64,000 bases of DNA from Nitrosopumilaceae archaeon (GCA_965200155.1 CBDATR010000034.1:32001-96000), one strand, 5' to 3'. Shown: positions 1-10,043, counted from the stretch's first letter. Program-made: numbers and translations. The notes: generated by a model not told the origin, from the letters alone.

Positions 1-145
1 TCTCCCTGATGTAGTCGGGCGCAAACCGGCAGCCTGGCCTGTATGAATGAGTGGAGTCAAAGGGCACTCCTATAATGGTGGCTATATTATCGCCCTCGCC
101 TGACAAAATTCCCGGAGGGTTTGCGTATAGCCTGGTGTGACTCAT
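1..145 (-). CDS. speB: agmatinase (ureohydrolase family), 5' part only; runs off the window edge
   Basis: Manual translation from ATG 145 gives MSHTRLYANPPG...IIGVPFDSTHSYRPGCRFAPDYIRE, the GxPFDxTxSxRPGxRFxP ureohydrolase motif. The ATG overlaps the thrS stop (ATGA). Confidence 0.85.
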   Translation of the reverse strand, partial: MSHTRLYANPPGILSGEGDNIATIIGVPFDSTHSYRPGCRFAPDYIRE

Positions 146-1995
146 ACCATAATCTGTGGCCGTCGGGAGAGCAGTCTTGGCTGGTTCAGCATGGCATATG
201 GTTTGCCCTTGGTCTGCCCCTTTATCATGTGGATCAAGTCCGGTATAGTCATGCCTGTGGTCTTTCCACTCTTTCTGCCCCGTATGGGTATGGTTCCCTC
301 TGGCCCTTTTTGCACCTCATTAGCCCCTATCACGGCCACGTATGGTACCCACTCCCTCTCTGCCTCCCGTACACGCTTGCCCAGGCTCTCGTTGCGCTCA
401 TCTATATCCACCCGTATGGACTTTCCCGATAGGGTGTCGGCTATCTCCGTCGCGTAGCCGTTGGCATCCTCGTGTACCGGTATTATTCGTATCTGGGTGG
501 GGGCAAGCCACAGGGGGAGTATGGCCTTGAGGCCGTGTTTCATGTCCCGGGCGGCGCCCTCCAGTAACGCGTACATGATACGCTCTATGGCGCCGCTGGG
601 TGAGTTGTGCAGTATGATGGGATTTCTAAGATTATTTGAGCTGTCCACGAACTGTATGCCGTAATGGTTGCCGTTCTCCACGTCTATCTGATCCGTGGAG
701 AGCGCCGAGGCCTTGCCCGCGGTATCTATGTAATTGAATTCCCACTTTAGTACAAAGTAAAAGAATCTCTCCTTCCACATCTCCACTAATACCGGCTTGT
801 TGTGGTGGTGAACCAGGTCTATCACGTCCTGGCGGTTATTTTTGTAAAAGTCCTGCGTAATACGTATGGCCATCTCATAGTCCTTTACGCCCAGTTCCCT
901 TAGTACATCCCTTGAGAGATCAAAGCGCAGGTCTAACTCCCTTATGGCCTGTTCCATGTCGGCGCAGAACGCGTGGCAGTCCGGCATGGTAAAGGCGCGC
1001 AGTCGCCGCAGTCCCACCAACTCCCCGGACTGCTCCCGGCGGAAGCTGTATCTTGTAAGCTCGTATAACCGGTACGGCAGGTTGCGATAGGACATTTGAA
1101 AGTCATTTGCCATGAGGAATTGCCCGAAACACGCGGCAAATCTCAGGAATAACTGTTTGCCTTCCGAGTCTATACTGTACTGCCGGGCGGGGAACCGGTT
1201 GAAATATTTGGTCATGCTGGGATGATCCGAGTCATACATTATTGGCGTCTCCACTTCATATCCGCCATACTCCCGGACACGTTTTGTCACATATCTCTCT
1301 ATGAGGGATTTTATGAGGCGGCCGTTGGGGTAGTATCTCATGTTGCCCTGATCCGATGCTGGCTCGTAATCGGCTATGGCAAGCCTCTTCATGAGTCCAA
1401 CGTGGGGTGGCGGCTTGTCCTCGCTCCGCTTCTTTGCCGCCTCGTATCGTGCCAGTACCTCCAAGTCCCTGTGATTGGAGAAGTCAAAGTCGCTTACGGG
1501 TGTCATGGTGCCGTCCGGCACCATAATATACCACTGCGAGGCAATCTTGGACTCTGCCTGGACGGCCTTGGACTCGGAGCCATCCTGGCCCTTGCTGCGT
1601 ATTATTTTGAGACCCTCTGCCAGGGGGTGGCTCTTTACCTTTATGGAGTATGACTTTGTCCAGCCAAAGGCAGATTTGTACACCTCGGTGCCTTCAGCGT
1701 GATCATACATGTCATTTATAACATTCATGGCAAGGCGTGCCGGGGCCAAATCGGCGCTGAGATGCGCGTACGGGTATATGAGAAGCCTGGTACAGCCCAG
1801 CCTCTCCATAACGGCGGTTACCTGAGATATGGCTTTTGATGCGGTGGAAATGTCGTCGCCCTTCTCCACTGCCACAAAGGCTACCAGCACCTCTTCCAGA
1901 CGCACCGTCTCCGGCACTATATCTTCGGCTGCGGGTATCTCCCTCTTGGTGGGGGTGTACTCTATATGATCGCAGTGTAGGTGCAAGATGCGCAT
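142..1995 (-). CDS. thrS: threonyl-tRNA synthetase (archaeal type with N-terminal editing domain)
   Basis: MRILHLHCD archaeal editing-domain start (ATG 1995), LRFAACFG, FRREQSGE, RAFTMPDCH, HNSPSGAIER and a C-terminal anticodon-binding domain. Confidence 0.96.
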   Translation of the reverse strand: MRILHLHCDHIEYTPTKREIPAAEDIVPETVRLEEVLVAFVAVEKGDDISTASKAISQVTAVMERLGCTRLLIYPYAHLSADLAPARLAMNVINDMYDHAEGTEVYKSAFGWTKSYSIKVKSHPLAEGLKIIRSKGQDGSESKAVQAESKIASQWYIMVPDGTMTPVSDFDFSNHRDLEVLARYEAAKKRSEDKPPPHVGLMKRLAIADYEPASDQGNMRYYPNGRLIKSLIERYVTKRVREYGGYEVETPIMYDSDHPSMTKYFNRFPARQYSIDSEGKQLFLRFAACFGQFLMANDFQMSYRNLPYRLYELTRYSFRREQSGELVGLRRLRAFTMPDCHAFCADMEQAIRELDLRFDLSRDVLRELGVKDYEMAIRITQDFYKNNRQDVIDLVHHHNKPVLVEMWKERFFYFVLKWEFNYIDTAGKASALSTDQIDVENGNHYGIQFVDSSNNLRNPIILHNSPSGAIERIMYALLEGAARDMKHGLKAILPLWLAPTQIRIIPVHEDANGYATEIADTLSGKSIRVDIDERNESLGKRVREAEREWVPYVAVIGANEVQKGPEGTIPIRGRKSGKTTGMTIPDLIHMIKGQTKGKPYAMLNQPRLLSRRPQIMV

Positions 1996-2140
1996 AAGGT
2001 AGCGGAATGGTGTAATCGAATTAAATCTTTTGAAAGTACCCGTGTAATACCTGACATCTCTTCGGGATGTGGGTGTATTATCGATGTCGTGGAGCGCCAT
2101 ATTACTGCGTGTGTAACAGGATTGCAGTATATTTATGGCA

Positions 2141-2617
2141 CTATACATCATGTATATGCTCTTGTAGGGCGAGCTGCGCCCTAGTTACAAGCGCGGAGAC
2201 ACCCAGCATATTGGTAAGAAGCGATGCTACATCCTGCAAGGTCTCATTGTGAATGTATCCGTGCTGGTATGTCATCTCTATGCCGTGCTTTTCTGTACGA
2301 ATGTACGCTGTAATGAGAGGCTTATTCCCTGCAGTACTCGCGTATTCCCGGATCTCCACTAATGTAATACAGCTACCCTGTATCATATAGGAGCCTTTCA
2401 TTATGGTGATGGAGCGATCCGGGGACTGCCGGGGTCTTGGTGCCTCGCATATCTCCATGTTCGTATACGAATGGGAAGTATTAGTAAACTCTGTGATTAT
2501 TGTAACATGTGGCTTGCACCCCGTGGGTAATATTTCCAGATGAAAAATGCGTGTATCCTGCTGACGTCGCTTAGTGGTTGCCATAGTCCCTTGGGTAACA
2601 AATTTCATACCTGTCAT
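2141..2617 (-). CDS. hypothetical protein (start uncertain; 5' end overlaps a degenerate MITE)
   Basis: 158-aa ORF with no recognisable motif. Confidence 0.35.
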   Translation of the reverse strand: MTGMKFVTQGTMATTKRRQQDTRIFHLEILPTGCKPHVTIITEFTNTSHSYTNMEICEAPRPRQSPDRSITIMKGSYMIQGSCITLVEIREYASTAGNKPLITAYIRTEKHGIEMTYQHGYIHNETLQDVASLLTNMLGVSALVTRAQLALQEHIHDV

Positions 2618-2733
2618 ACGATACCCGTCTTGTTACAGACTTGTGGAATGTATTATGATTCTTTTTTTTTTGCATACCCGTATTATGTTTCCATGTCTGT
2701 GAGTTTCTTTGAAATCCGCGTAGCAGAAAATAA

Positions 2734-2832
2734 GTATGAGTTCACCTGTGTCTAAATTTACGCATAACTGATCGCGACAGTTAAAGAACCGGTTCTTTTG
2801 TGCATAAGATTCCGGAAGACGTGAACTCATAC
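2734..2832. mobile_element. MITE family A (IS66-type ends), 99-bp variant
   Basis: TIR GTATGAGTTCAC...GTGAACTCATAC; 8-bp TSD GAAAATAA at 2726-2733 and 2833-2840. Confidence 0.95.
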
Positions 2833-2886
2833 GAAAATAATCCTTTGTGAGTATCTTCAAATTAATGTGACCTGATTTTTGTATTG

Positions 2887-2980
2887 TATAGCGGCCACCA
2901 TAAGTCTCTGGGTAACAAATCCCACATTTCTCACATACAATCCCCGTCGTGTATGCCAAAGAATTATGGCGTTCGTTATA
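2887..2980. mobile_element. MITE family C (TA-flanked, about 90 bp, IS630/mariner-like behaviour)
   Basis: TATAGCGGCCACCATAA...TTATGGCGTTCGTTATA imperfect TIR. Homologous copies at 30498-30590 and 62270-62361; degenerate ones at ~2572-2655, ~11854-11935, ~53590-53701 and ~57292-57373. Confidence 0.75.
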
Positions 2981-3103
2981 CAAATTCCAAACCTCACAAA
3001 GTTATATCTGAATATTCTAAATTTACGCGTGAAAAGTATTCCAACACTAGAAAGCGTATGTCTTTTTGACTATGAGTGGTGTTCTTACGTATTAATTATC
3101 CCA

Positions 3104-4916
3104 TGTGCTTAAATAAAAAAAACGGAAATGCTTGCAATGGAAAAAAAGACGACATTCGTACTCATGCTGTCGCTCGTAGCGGCAGCTGGAATTACAGTAT
3201 CTGACGTATACGCACAGACAAACACCGAGAGACTGGAGAGTATAGATGACCGAACCCAGGAAATATCCGATACCATTGGTAACTCATCTGATGAAACCGG
3301 ACTATTTGGCGCGCTTGCAAACGTGGCTTCTGATATGGCCGATGCACTTACCGCCATAGCTGGTGTACAAACATCTGTTGACTCAGTCGATGCCAAGATA
3401 GACTCCATGATGTCCAACTTTGATAGTATAGCAACCATAAGCTCAAACATAAACACCATGAGAGGTACCCTGAACTCAGTAAGTAGCACCGTATCCTCAA
3501 TAGACTCGAGCATATCATTGATAGACAGCACAATCACTGCTAACAGTGATGCAGTAAATTCAATGAGATCTGATGTATCCTCATTAACAACTAGCACCAT
3601 GATGTTGACCGATGCTGTTTCAGACAATGCTGCCTCACTGCAAGACATACAAAATGATCTTGCACTACTCAACAAGAGAATAATGGGAGTGGAAGACACC
3701 ATCTCACAGCAACAGCTGGGCGCAACCGGTGATGTGGCAGTCAGCGTCGCCGCGAGCAATGCACGACTGGACGCCCTGGACACTGTACTGAAGCAGATAC
3801 AGGATAATCTTATAACATTGCGTGCCGATGTCTCGGTATTATCTTCACAAATAACCAACCCTGATGATCCGACCACAATTATCGATGCTACCACCAGTGC
3901 CCTTGTAACTGCATATGATTACAAGACGTACGACAAGAATGGAACCACAATCAACGGTAACACGTTCCACGAGCTGGAACTGAGATTCTCCTGTAACCAG
4001 GATGCATTCATAGATCAGGTTAGATTCATTGCGGCCTCCCATGAGGACGCTCTTGATTATGTAAGAGGGAATAATCTTGAGAAATTCGATATAGAAGAGT
4101 CTACTCCGAACAACTTTGTAAGAGTGGATGGCATAGACCTGTTCAACAACAAGGTTCTCGTAAACCAATCTACAGATCAGTATGTGAAGATTGAGCGAGC
4201 CCATAATTACAACAACAAACCATTGCTAGCTGGCAGTACCTTGCCATTCACATCCCAAATACACGAGGGCCTCTTTGTTTTAAGAGAAAACGGAGAACTG
4301 GGGCCATTAATACAGTCAGGTAGTAAGCAACCTTACGTCTCTGTTGCTTCTAACACTACCATGATAGCAGACTCTGAACGAAACACCCGTGACAATGACA
4401 AGCTGGAAAGAGACCTATACTACATTGAGGTCGACTGGATCACATACTATACCGGCACCAGCTGTACGGTAGGTGTTGGAACTAGCGGCTCCTTGCCTAA
4501 CGCGGACGCCGCGGGCACACTCCAGTATAGCGTAAATGTCACTAATGATGGCAAAGTAATAAACGAGTATTCCAATGTTATGGACTGTGGTGGTAACCCG
4601 GTAGAGATAACCGGTGTCAGTACCGCCATTGCCGGATCATGGGAAGATGGACTGGACAAGTTTGCCACCATGAACATGGAGGTTCTGGATAACCGCAACG
4701 ACGACATACCTGATGTAATATTCCAGCTAATGCAGAATGATGAGGCGACAATAAAAGACGGTGAATACCCGATATATGCTAATGCAGATCTTCAGATAAG
4801 CGGCAGCTTCCCGATAGTTGATAACCTGCTTGTAGAGATAGAGTACCTAAGTGTTCCTAACGCAGGATGTACGATTGTAGACTCCCAATAACTAGATAAT
4901 TTTTACATATATTTTA
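3104..4916 (+). repeat. 1813-bp direct repeat, partner of 15799-17611
   Basis: Sequences match at offset 12695; the one difference I found is G3337 vs A16032 (Met/Ile). Confidence 0.93.
3128..4891 (+). CDS. secreted protein with long Ser-rich coiled-coil stalk and beta-rich C-terminal region (copy 1)
   Basis: Signal peptide (KKTTFVLMLSLVAAAGITVSDVYA/Q), about 220 aa of heptad-patterned Ser/Thr/Asp-rich sequence, then an acidic globular part with paired Cys. Confidence 0.85.
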   Translation: MLAMEKKTTFVLMLSLVAAAGITVSDVYAQTNTERLESIDDRTQEISDTIGNSSDETGLFGALANVASDMADALTAIAGVQTSVDSVDAKIDSMMSNFDSIATISSNINTMRGTLNSVSSTVSSIDSSISLIDSTITANSDAVNSMRSDVSSLTTSTMMLTDAVSDNAASLQDIQNDLALLNKRIMGVEDTISQQQLGATGDVAVSVAASNARLDALDTVLKQIQDNLITLRADVSVLSSQITNPDDPTTIIDATTSALVTAYDYKTYDKNGTTINGNTFHELELRFSCNQDAFIDQVRFIAASHEDALDYVRGNNLEKFDIEESTPNNFVRVDGIDLFNNKVLVNQSTDQYVKIERAHNYNNKPLLAGSTLPFTSQIHEGLFVLRENGELGPLIQSGSKQPYVSVASNTTMIADSERNTRDNDKLERDLYYIEVDWITYYTGTSCTVGVGTSGSLPNADAAGTLQYSVNVTNDGKVINEYSNVMDCGGNPVEITGVSTAIAGSWEDGLDKFATMNMEVLDNRNDDIPDVIFQLMQNDEATIKDGEYPIYANADLQISGSFPIVDNLLVEIEYLSVPNAGCTIVDSQ

Positions 4917-4958
4917 GAAAATTATGACTATGTCCAATGTGTTTTGATCATTTCTTGA

Positions 4959-6072
4959 GTATGAGTTCACGTTCCCTCTGATCAAATAACTAATCGGTGG
5001 CATTTGTAATGTATGAAAAGTCGGTCCGCTAGTCATTGGCATCCCGCTCCATCCATTTTGCATCATTTGCCCTAATTGTCTGGGTCGCCTTTTTATTCCT
5101 GGAGTGGTGTTTCGCCGTTATCTATATCCAGTGAGAAGTGCAATCTTCTCTCATTGTAGTAGTCCACATAATCCCGGAGACTGTCATAATACCATATCTC
5201 ATTGGACTCTTAAATAAGAGTCCCCTCGTCCTCAATCATTCCATGGAAGCGCTCCAGTTTGCCATTTGTCTGCGGGTGGTATGGTCTGGAATTGATTAGT
5301 ATGATGTCTTGATCCAGCAGTTCTTCCTAGAATAGTGGGTTTCCAGTTCTTTTTGCCCTTTTATTGTCCTACGAAACACGCGCCGTTATCCGAGATGCAG
5401 GGGCGCCGAATCGTTTCATTGCCAGTCTCAGTAATAGAACCCGGTATTTCCATGATTGCGTATGGCCAGCAGATTATCTGGCGCCGAATCGTTTCATTGC
5501 CAGTCTCAGTAATAGAACGGCGTTCTCAGGTTGCATGCTCAAATAGTGCCGCTCCGACTATACACCTGGATGCATCATCTATGAGATTCAGTCCCTTGAA
5601 GCGCTCATCTTTCATGACATGCCAGTGCCACATTGCATTGGAATATTTACGCTCATAGCGTACCCACTCTGACTTTGCAGGTGATGATCCTGCAGTACCG
5701 TTCTTTTTCATTATGTGATATACTGCGCGATATGTATTATGTCTAAGCCTCTTTGCAATACGTACTACTCCGGCGGGATCCTTGCTGTATGCTTCAGTTA
5801 CCATTCGTATCTGGGTAGCGGTGATTGGTATCATGGGCCTGCCCATCTTTACTCGAGTCGTTCCCGTTCTCTGGTTTACAATATTCGTACGTGTCTTGTT
5901 TCAGGTCTTGAGCTATTTTGGTGGCAGCAACGCCTCTTTTGCCTTGATTCCTCTGTTATTCTCTTTACCATCCGGCTTGTGCAATGAAATAGTCAGCTAC
6001 TGTACGCCGGATCCTAAGCGGACTTACTTTTCGTACTATTGACATAATATTCCGGAAGACGTGAACTCATAC
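4959..6072. mobile_element. pair of IS66/MITE-A type ends enclosing an IS481-like remnant
   Basis: GTATGAGTTCACG at 4959 and ...TTCCGGAAGACGTGAACTCATAC ending at 6072; no direct TSD. Confidence 0.6.
5005..6044 (-). pseudogene. IS481-family element with fragmented rve/DDE transposase
   Basis: TGT...ACA imperfect TIRs (TGTAATGTATGAAAAGTCGGTCCGCT vs TGTCAATAGTACGAAAAGTAAGTCCGCT). Fragments with YERKYSNAMWH, IDDASR, SDNGACF, HPQTNGKLERF, YYNERR. Confidence 0.8.
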
Positions 6073-6266
6073 TCAAAATATGCCTAACTCGCACAAGTAA
6101 GTTTTTGGCATGTATTCCACTGTGCACACATTTACACATGGCCGAATACCAACGATTGACATAATTTATGCACGGGATCGATAAATACGTTAGCTTACCG
6201 TTTTTGACAGGTATGGGGATGGTATGAAATATACAGGTTTATAGAAACCATGAAGGGTGAATCTAC

Positions 6267-7325
6267 ATGAATTCCCACAATTTTACCGGACACGATATTC
6301 CGCACATACAACTGGATCCTGACATGACCATATCGGATTTAGTTGACATATACGCGGCATCAGGGTTCAACGGGCGAAGCTTGGGCGAAGCTGCCCGAAT
6401 ATATTCAGACATGATAAAAACAGGCGCCACCATTTGTCTTACCGTTTCTGGGGCGCTCACACCGGTGGGTTTTGGCGGAATAATAAAGTCGCTCATAGAG
6501 CGCGGCTTTGTAGATTGGATAATAACTACAGGCGCCAACGTGTATCATGAGGATCACTTTGCTTGGGGCCTCCCTGTAAAACAGGGCCATCATAATGTGG
6601 ATGACTCCATATTATACAAGAACGAGATCGTCCGTATCCGGGATGTGTATATCAAGTTCTATGAAACACTGGAGGCACAAGATCAGGTCATACAAAGATA
6701 CTTTGATGATTTCCAGGATACACCCTTTACCACTGCGGAATTCTGTAACCGGATGGGTAAAATGAGTCTGGAGAACGCAGAGTATCCTGATAGAAGCTTT
6801 CTATGCAGCGCATATAAGTATGGTGTTCCGGTATACATATCCACCCTGAAGGATTCATCACTGGCGCTGAACTTGGCCATGCACCGCTTGGCAGGGCAGT
6901 CTTATAATTTGGATATTGCTCGGGAGATACTGGAACAAGCTGCAATAGTGTACAACTCCGAATCATCGGGTATAGTGGAGCTGGGGGGCGGTGTGCCAAA
7001 GAATACTGCTCAGCAAACAGGGCCATTGCTGGATCAGATACTGCGGCGACAAGACGGTGGACAAGATTACATTATACAAATAACTGATGCGCGACCGGAT
7101 ACCGGGGGACTCTCTGGAGCCACACTGCAAGAAGGAAAGAGCTGGGGCAAGATTCAGGATCCCCGACATGGTATTGCTACAGTCTATGCTGATGCCACCA
7201 TAGCATTTCCAATTCTTGCACTATACGTATTGAGTAATAACACTCCGCGTAAGTCTAGGAGGTTACACGACCAACTAGGCCAGTTCTATCGGCGTCTAGC
7301 CGATGATTGCAAAACTGTTACCTAG
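6267..7325 (+). CDS. dys: deoxyhypusine synthase / DHS-like homospermidine synthase
   Basis: IITTGANVYHED, LGGGVPKN, DTGGLSGATLQEGKSWGK and DATIAFP DHS-family motifs. Confidence 0.9.
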   Translation: MNSHNFTGHDIPHIQLDPDMTISDLVDIYAASGFNGRSLGEAARIYSDMIKTGATICLTVSGALTPVGFGGIIKSLIERGFVDWIITTGANVYHEDHFAWGLPVKQGHHNVDDSILYKNEIVRIRDVYIKFYETLEAQDQVIQRYFDDFQDTPFTTAEFCNRMGKMSLENAEYPDRSFLCSAYKYGVPVYISTLKDSSLALNLAMHRLAGQSYNLDIAREILEQAAIVYNSESSGIVELGGGVPKNTAQQTGPLLDQILRRQDGGQDYIIQITDARPDTGGLSGATLQEGKSWGKIQDPRHGIATVYADATIAFPILALYVLSNNTPRKSRRLHDQLGQFYRRLADDCKTVT

Positions 7326-7527
7326 ACCACCGTGCGCGCTCCAACTCTCTGTCCTCTTTGGTCTCCTTTTTGTACTCCTTGTAGTGTTCCCTGCACAGTA
7401 TAGATTTTTTGTTTCGTACGGACAATCGAAGTCCTGCCTCTTCTATCTTGGTCGTGTTTATCGAGCGCACTCCTTTTTCTTGACAGTCTTCCACATTACA
7501 GGTTGCTCCCTTTGAAACTACTCCCAT
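7318..7527 (-). CDS. small hypothetical protein with Cys/His Zn-binding-like residues
   Basis: MGVVSKGATCNVEDC...LCREHYKEYKK; likely start ATG 7527. Confidence 0.7.
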   Translation of the reverse strand: MGVVSKGATCNVEDCQEKGVRSINTTKIEEAGLRLSVRNKKSILCREHYKEYKKETKEDRELERARWSR

Positions 7528-7562
7528 ACCCGTTTTGCCGTTAGCCGTACCATATAAACACC

Positions 7563-8756
7563 ATGCCTGTATGGGCGGACTTGAGCCATTTATTTTTAAA
7601 TTATATATCAATACAGAATACGTTGGCCGTAAATGAATCCGAAAAGGACAGGGATGAGTCAGATGAGATTCCGCCCCGTCTTGCTCTGGGACTGTTCAAC
7701 ATAGCCGACACGATAAAGTCCCTGGCCAACTTGGGTGTGGCAAAGACCAAGGTAAATCCCGCGCAGGGTATTCTTATGGGTTGGCAGGCCACCGGCTATC
7801 TTGCATTTGCGGCGTTCTTGGCATGGATGATAATGTTCATGGTAACTGATGATATCTCCGAGGGACTGGGACGATTCCTGGCATTTGCGGTATTCGGGGT
7901 CTCGGCCTTGGTATTGGTAATATTGTACGGATCCAATCTTGTAACCGGTGACTACATGACCGGCGGTATAGCCATGATGACTCGCCGCTCCCGGTGGCGT
8001 GAAGTTCTCTGGGAGTGGTCCATAACCCACTCGGGACACTGGATTGCCGGCTTTACCGTTGGGTGGATGATCGTGATTGGTGCGAGCCAGGCCGGATCCA
8101 CGGGCTCCACTATGCTGGGCATACTGGCAGACATAGGCAACTACAAGGTAGGCCAAGAATGGGATCAGCTCTTTTATCGGGGAATACTCGCGAACTGGTT
8201 GGTCGCCATGGGTGTATGGGGGGCATATCGCACCAAGGATATGGTGGGCAAGATACTATTGATTGGCATCCCTGTCTCAATATTCTTTGCCATAGGCTTT
8301 GAGCACAGCGTAGTGAATCACTTTGCGTTATCTGCCGGAATATGGGCCGGTGGCGACTACACTTGGGGTGAGGCATGGATGAATAACCTGGTCCCGGTGA
8401 CCTTGGGCAATATTATAGGCGCCATGATATTTCAGGGAATGATATACTGGTATATTGCGGGCATGCCGGTATGGCTGGGCCCTAACACATGGAAAAAGCC
8501 CCATGGAACCTACAGGGATTTGGCGCATGCCCTGCGGGATACCATAACACTAATGCTATTCTTTGTGGGAATGGCCCCATTAATGGTGGGTATGGTCTTT
8601 GTATATGTAGTGGAGCCTGCCTTGGGGGTGGTTCCGGAGACTAACAATCCCAACTGGGTGGAACCAATTGGTATAACCATATATCTGGTAGCTACCGCCT
8701 TGGTGGTAAAGTGGGCTCTATTGCCCCGGGTATGGCATCGTATACCGGAATCCTGA
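7563..8756 (+). CDS. formate/nitrite transporter (FNT) family channel with extra C-terminal TM helices (true start may be ~7623)
   Basis: LVTGD, GILANWLV, GFEHSVVN and NLVPVTLGNIIG FNT motifs. Confidence 0.9.
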   Translation: MPVWADLSHLFLNYISIQNTLAVNESEKDRDESDEIPPRLALGLFNIADTIKSLANLGVAKTKVNPAQGILMGWQATGYLAFAAFLAWMIMFMVTDDISEGLGRFLAFAVFGVSALVLVILYGSNLVTGDYMTGGIAMMTRRSRWREVLWEWSITHSGHWIAGFTVGWMIVIGASQAGSTGSTMLGILADIGNYKVGQEWDQLFYRGILANWLVAMGVWGAYRTKDMVGKILLIGIPVSIFFAIGFEHSVVNHFALSAGIWAGGDYTWGEAWMNNLVPVTLGNIIGAMIFQGMIYWYIAGMPVWLGPNTWKKPHGTYRDLAHALRDTITLMLFFVGMAPLMVGMVFVYVVEPALGVVPETNNPNWVEPIGITIYLVATALVVKWALLPRVWHRIPES

Positions 8757-8757
8757 C

Positions 8758-9762
8758 TTAGGTCATATTTGCCTGCTCGTATACCGGTTCCTTCAAGTGT
8801 TTGGCGGTATTCATCGCTTCGTGGAACTGGTTGCTGGTGAATATGCCCCTTCTCTCATAAATGCTACGGAATTTGCGCCCATCATCAGCAAATATGCCCA
8901 CTACCATACCTTTCTTGATGGGGTATTTCTTCATACAGGCATAGACTGCGGCGGCAGAGGGACTTGTGAGGAGTGAGTCTTTCTTGTACACAGTCTGTAC
9001 AACGTCAAATGCCTCCTTGTCCGTAACGTCAACCCAATCATCTACTACATTCTCCCGTCGCAGAAATAGGTCCGGCTTGGCGGACTCCTCAAAATTCCGC
9101 CACCCTTGTATGTTGTGATTCCTCTGGGGTCTACATCCTATTATCCTGATTTGTGGATTCTGCTCCTTGAGATAGGCGCCTACGCCGGTAATGGTGCCAC
9201 CAGTACCCACTCCTGCAAAGAAGTGGGTTATCCTGCCACCTGTCTGTTCCCATATCTCCGGACCTGTGGTAGTATAGTGACCATGAAAGTTAGCCTCATT
9301 CCCATACTGGTTTAGGGTGTGGTAGATATCCGGCCGTGAGGCTGCGATGGATGTAGCCAGGGCTATACTTTGCTCGGTACCGGCTCCCACCTTTGGACAG
9401 AGATCGTCAGTGGTCTCGTACATTTTGGCTCCCATCTTTTGCAGTATCTGCTTTGTCTCGTCACTGGCCTTCTCGGGTATGACTATCTCAGTACCAAATC
9501 CCAGTATGCGGGCTATGCCTACCAGGGCAATACCGGTATTGCCCGAGGTGGGCTCTACTATGATACTCTTGCCCTTCAGGATTCCTCTCTCCTGAGCGTC
9601 ATGAATCATCCAGTATGCGGCGCGATCCTTTACCGAGCCAAAGGGATTGTTACCTTCCAGTTTTGCCCAGTATGTTGTACTGTGAGACGAAAGCGACTCT
9701 AGTGATACCAGCGGTGTCTTGCCTATGCGGGACAGTGTGTCTGCTTGGGTCACTGTAGCCAA
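8758..9762 (-). CDS. PLP-dependent cysteine synthase family protein (CysM-like)
   Basis: IGKTPLV, KLEGNNPFGSVKDR, EPTSGNTGIAL, TTGPEIW, GVGTGGT. Confidence 0.92.
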   Translation of the reverse strand: MATVTQADTLSRIGKTPLVSLESLSSHSTTYWAKLEGNNPFGSVKDRAAYWMIHDAQERGILKGKSIIVEPTSGNTGIALVGIARILGFGTEIVIPEKASDETKQILQKMGAKMYETTDDLCPKVGAGTEQSIALATSIAASRPDIYHTLNQYGNEANFHGHYTTTGPEIWEQTGGRITHFFAGVGTGGTITGVGAYLKEQNPQIRIIGCRPQRNHNIQGWRNFEESAKPDLFLRRENVVDDWVDVTDKEAFDVVQTVYKKDSLLTSPSAAAVYACMKKYPIKKGMVVGIFADDGRKFRSIYERRGIFTSNQFHEAMNTAKHLKEPVYEQANMT

Positions 9763-9765
9763 GGC

Positions 9766-9993
9766 TTACTTTACCTTCTTTATGAGAAATGTTAGCGTGT
9801 TGCCGTCTCTACTAATCTCCACCAACTGGTGCCCGCTACGGTTGACCCAGCGAGATATGTCATCCTCGGCCGCGGGATCATCCGCGCTCACCGTGATTGT
9901 CTGTCCCGCCTGCATTCTTTCTATCGCTATTTTAGTGCGGAAGACAGGCTCAGGACAAAAGAGTCCCGTGGCATCTAGGGTTACATCAGACAT
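9766..9993 (-). CDS. TusA/SirA-family sulfur carrier protein
   Basis: LDATGLFCPEP and ADDP motifs. Confidence 0.92.
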   Translation of the reverse strand: MSDVTLDATGLFCPEPVFRTKIAIERMQAGQTITVSADDPAAEDDISRWVNRSGHQLVEISRDGNTLTFLIKKVK

Positions 9994-10043
9994 GACATTT
10001 GTGGAATGTGTTTACATATTAAAATCTACGCGGTCATCTAATG

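Noticed and set aside
1190-1202. GGAACCGG-like words inside core genes (thrS, trpS ~18409, tbp ~35895)
   Set aside because: They encode conserved residues in intact frames and show no sign of replacement.
1996-2151. N-terminal extensions of thrS, and likewise of trpS, trmI, tbp, rrp42 and the FAD oxidoreductase
   Set aside because: Longest-ORF artefacts: the family-typical starts lie downstream, and some extensions run through MITE sequence.
2633-3112. Short ORFs 2633..2983, 2879..3112 and 2884..3069
   Set aside because: They consist largely of MITE-A and MITE-C sequence.
3115-3147. A8 and A7 tracts at the start of the duplicated gene as phase-variation sites
   Set aside because: Short, identical in both copies, and common in AT-rich leaders and Lys codons.
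3109-3894. 261-aa antisense ORF (and its copy at 15804..16589)
   Set aside because: Shadow of the low-complexity coiled-coil gene on the opposite strand.
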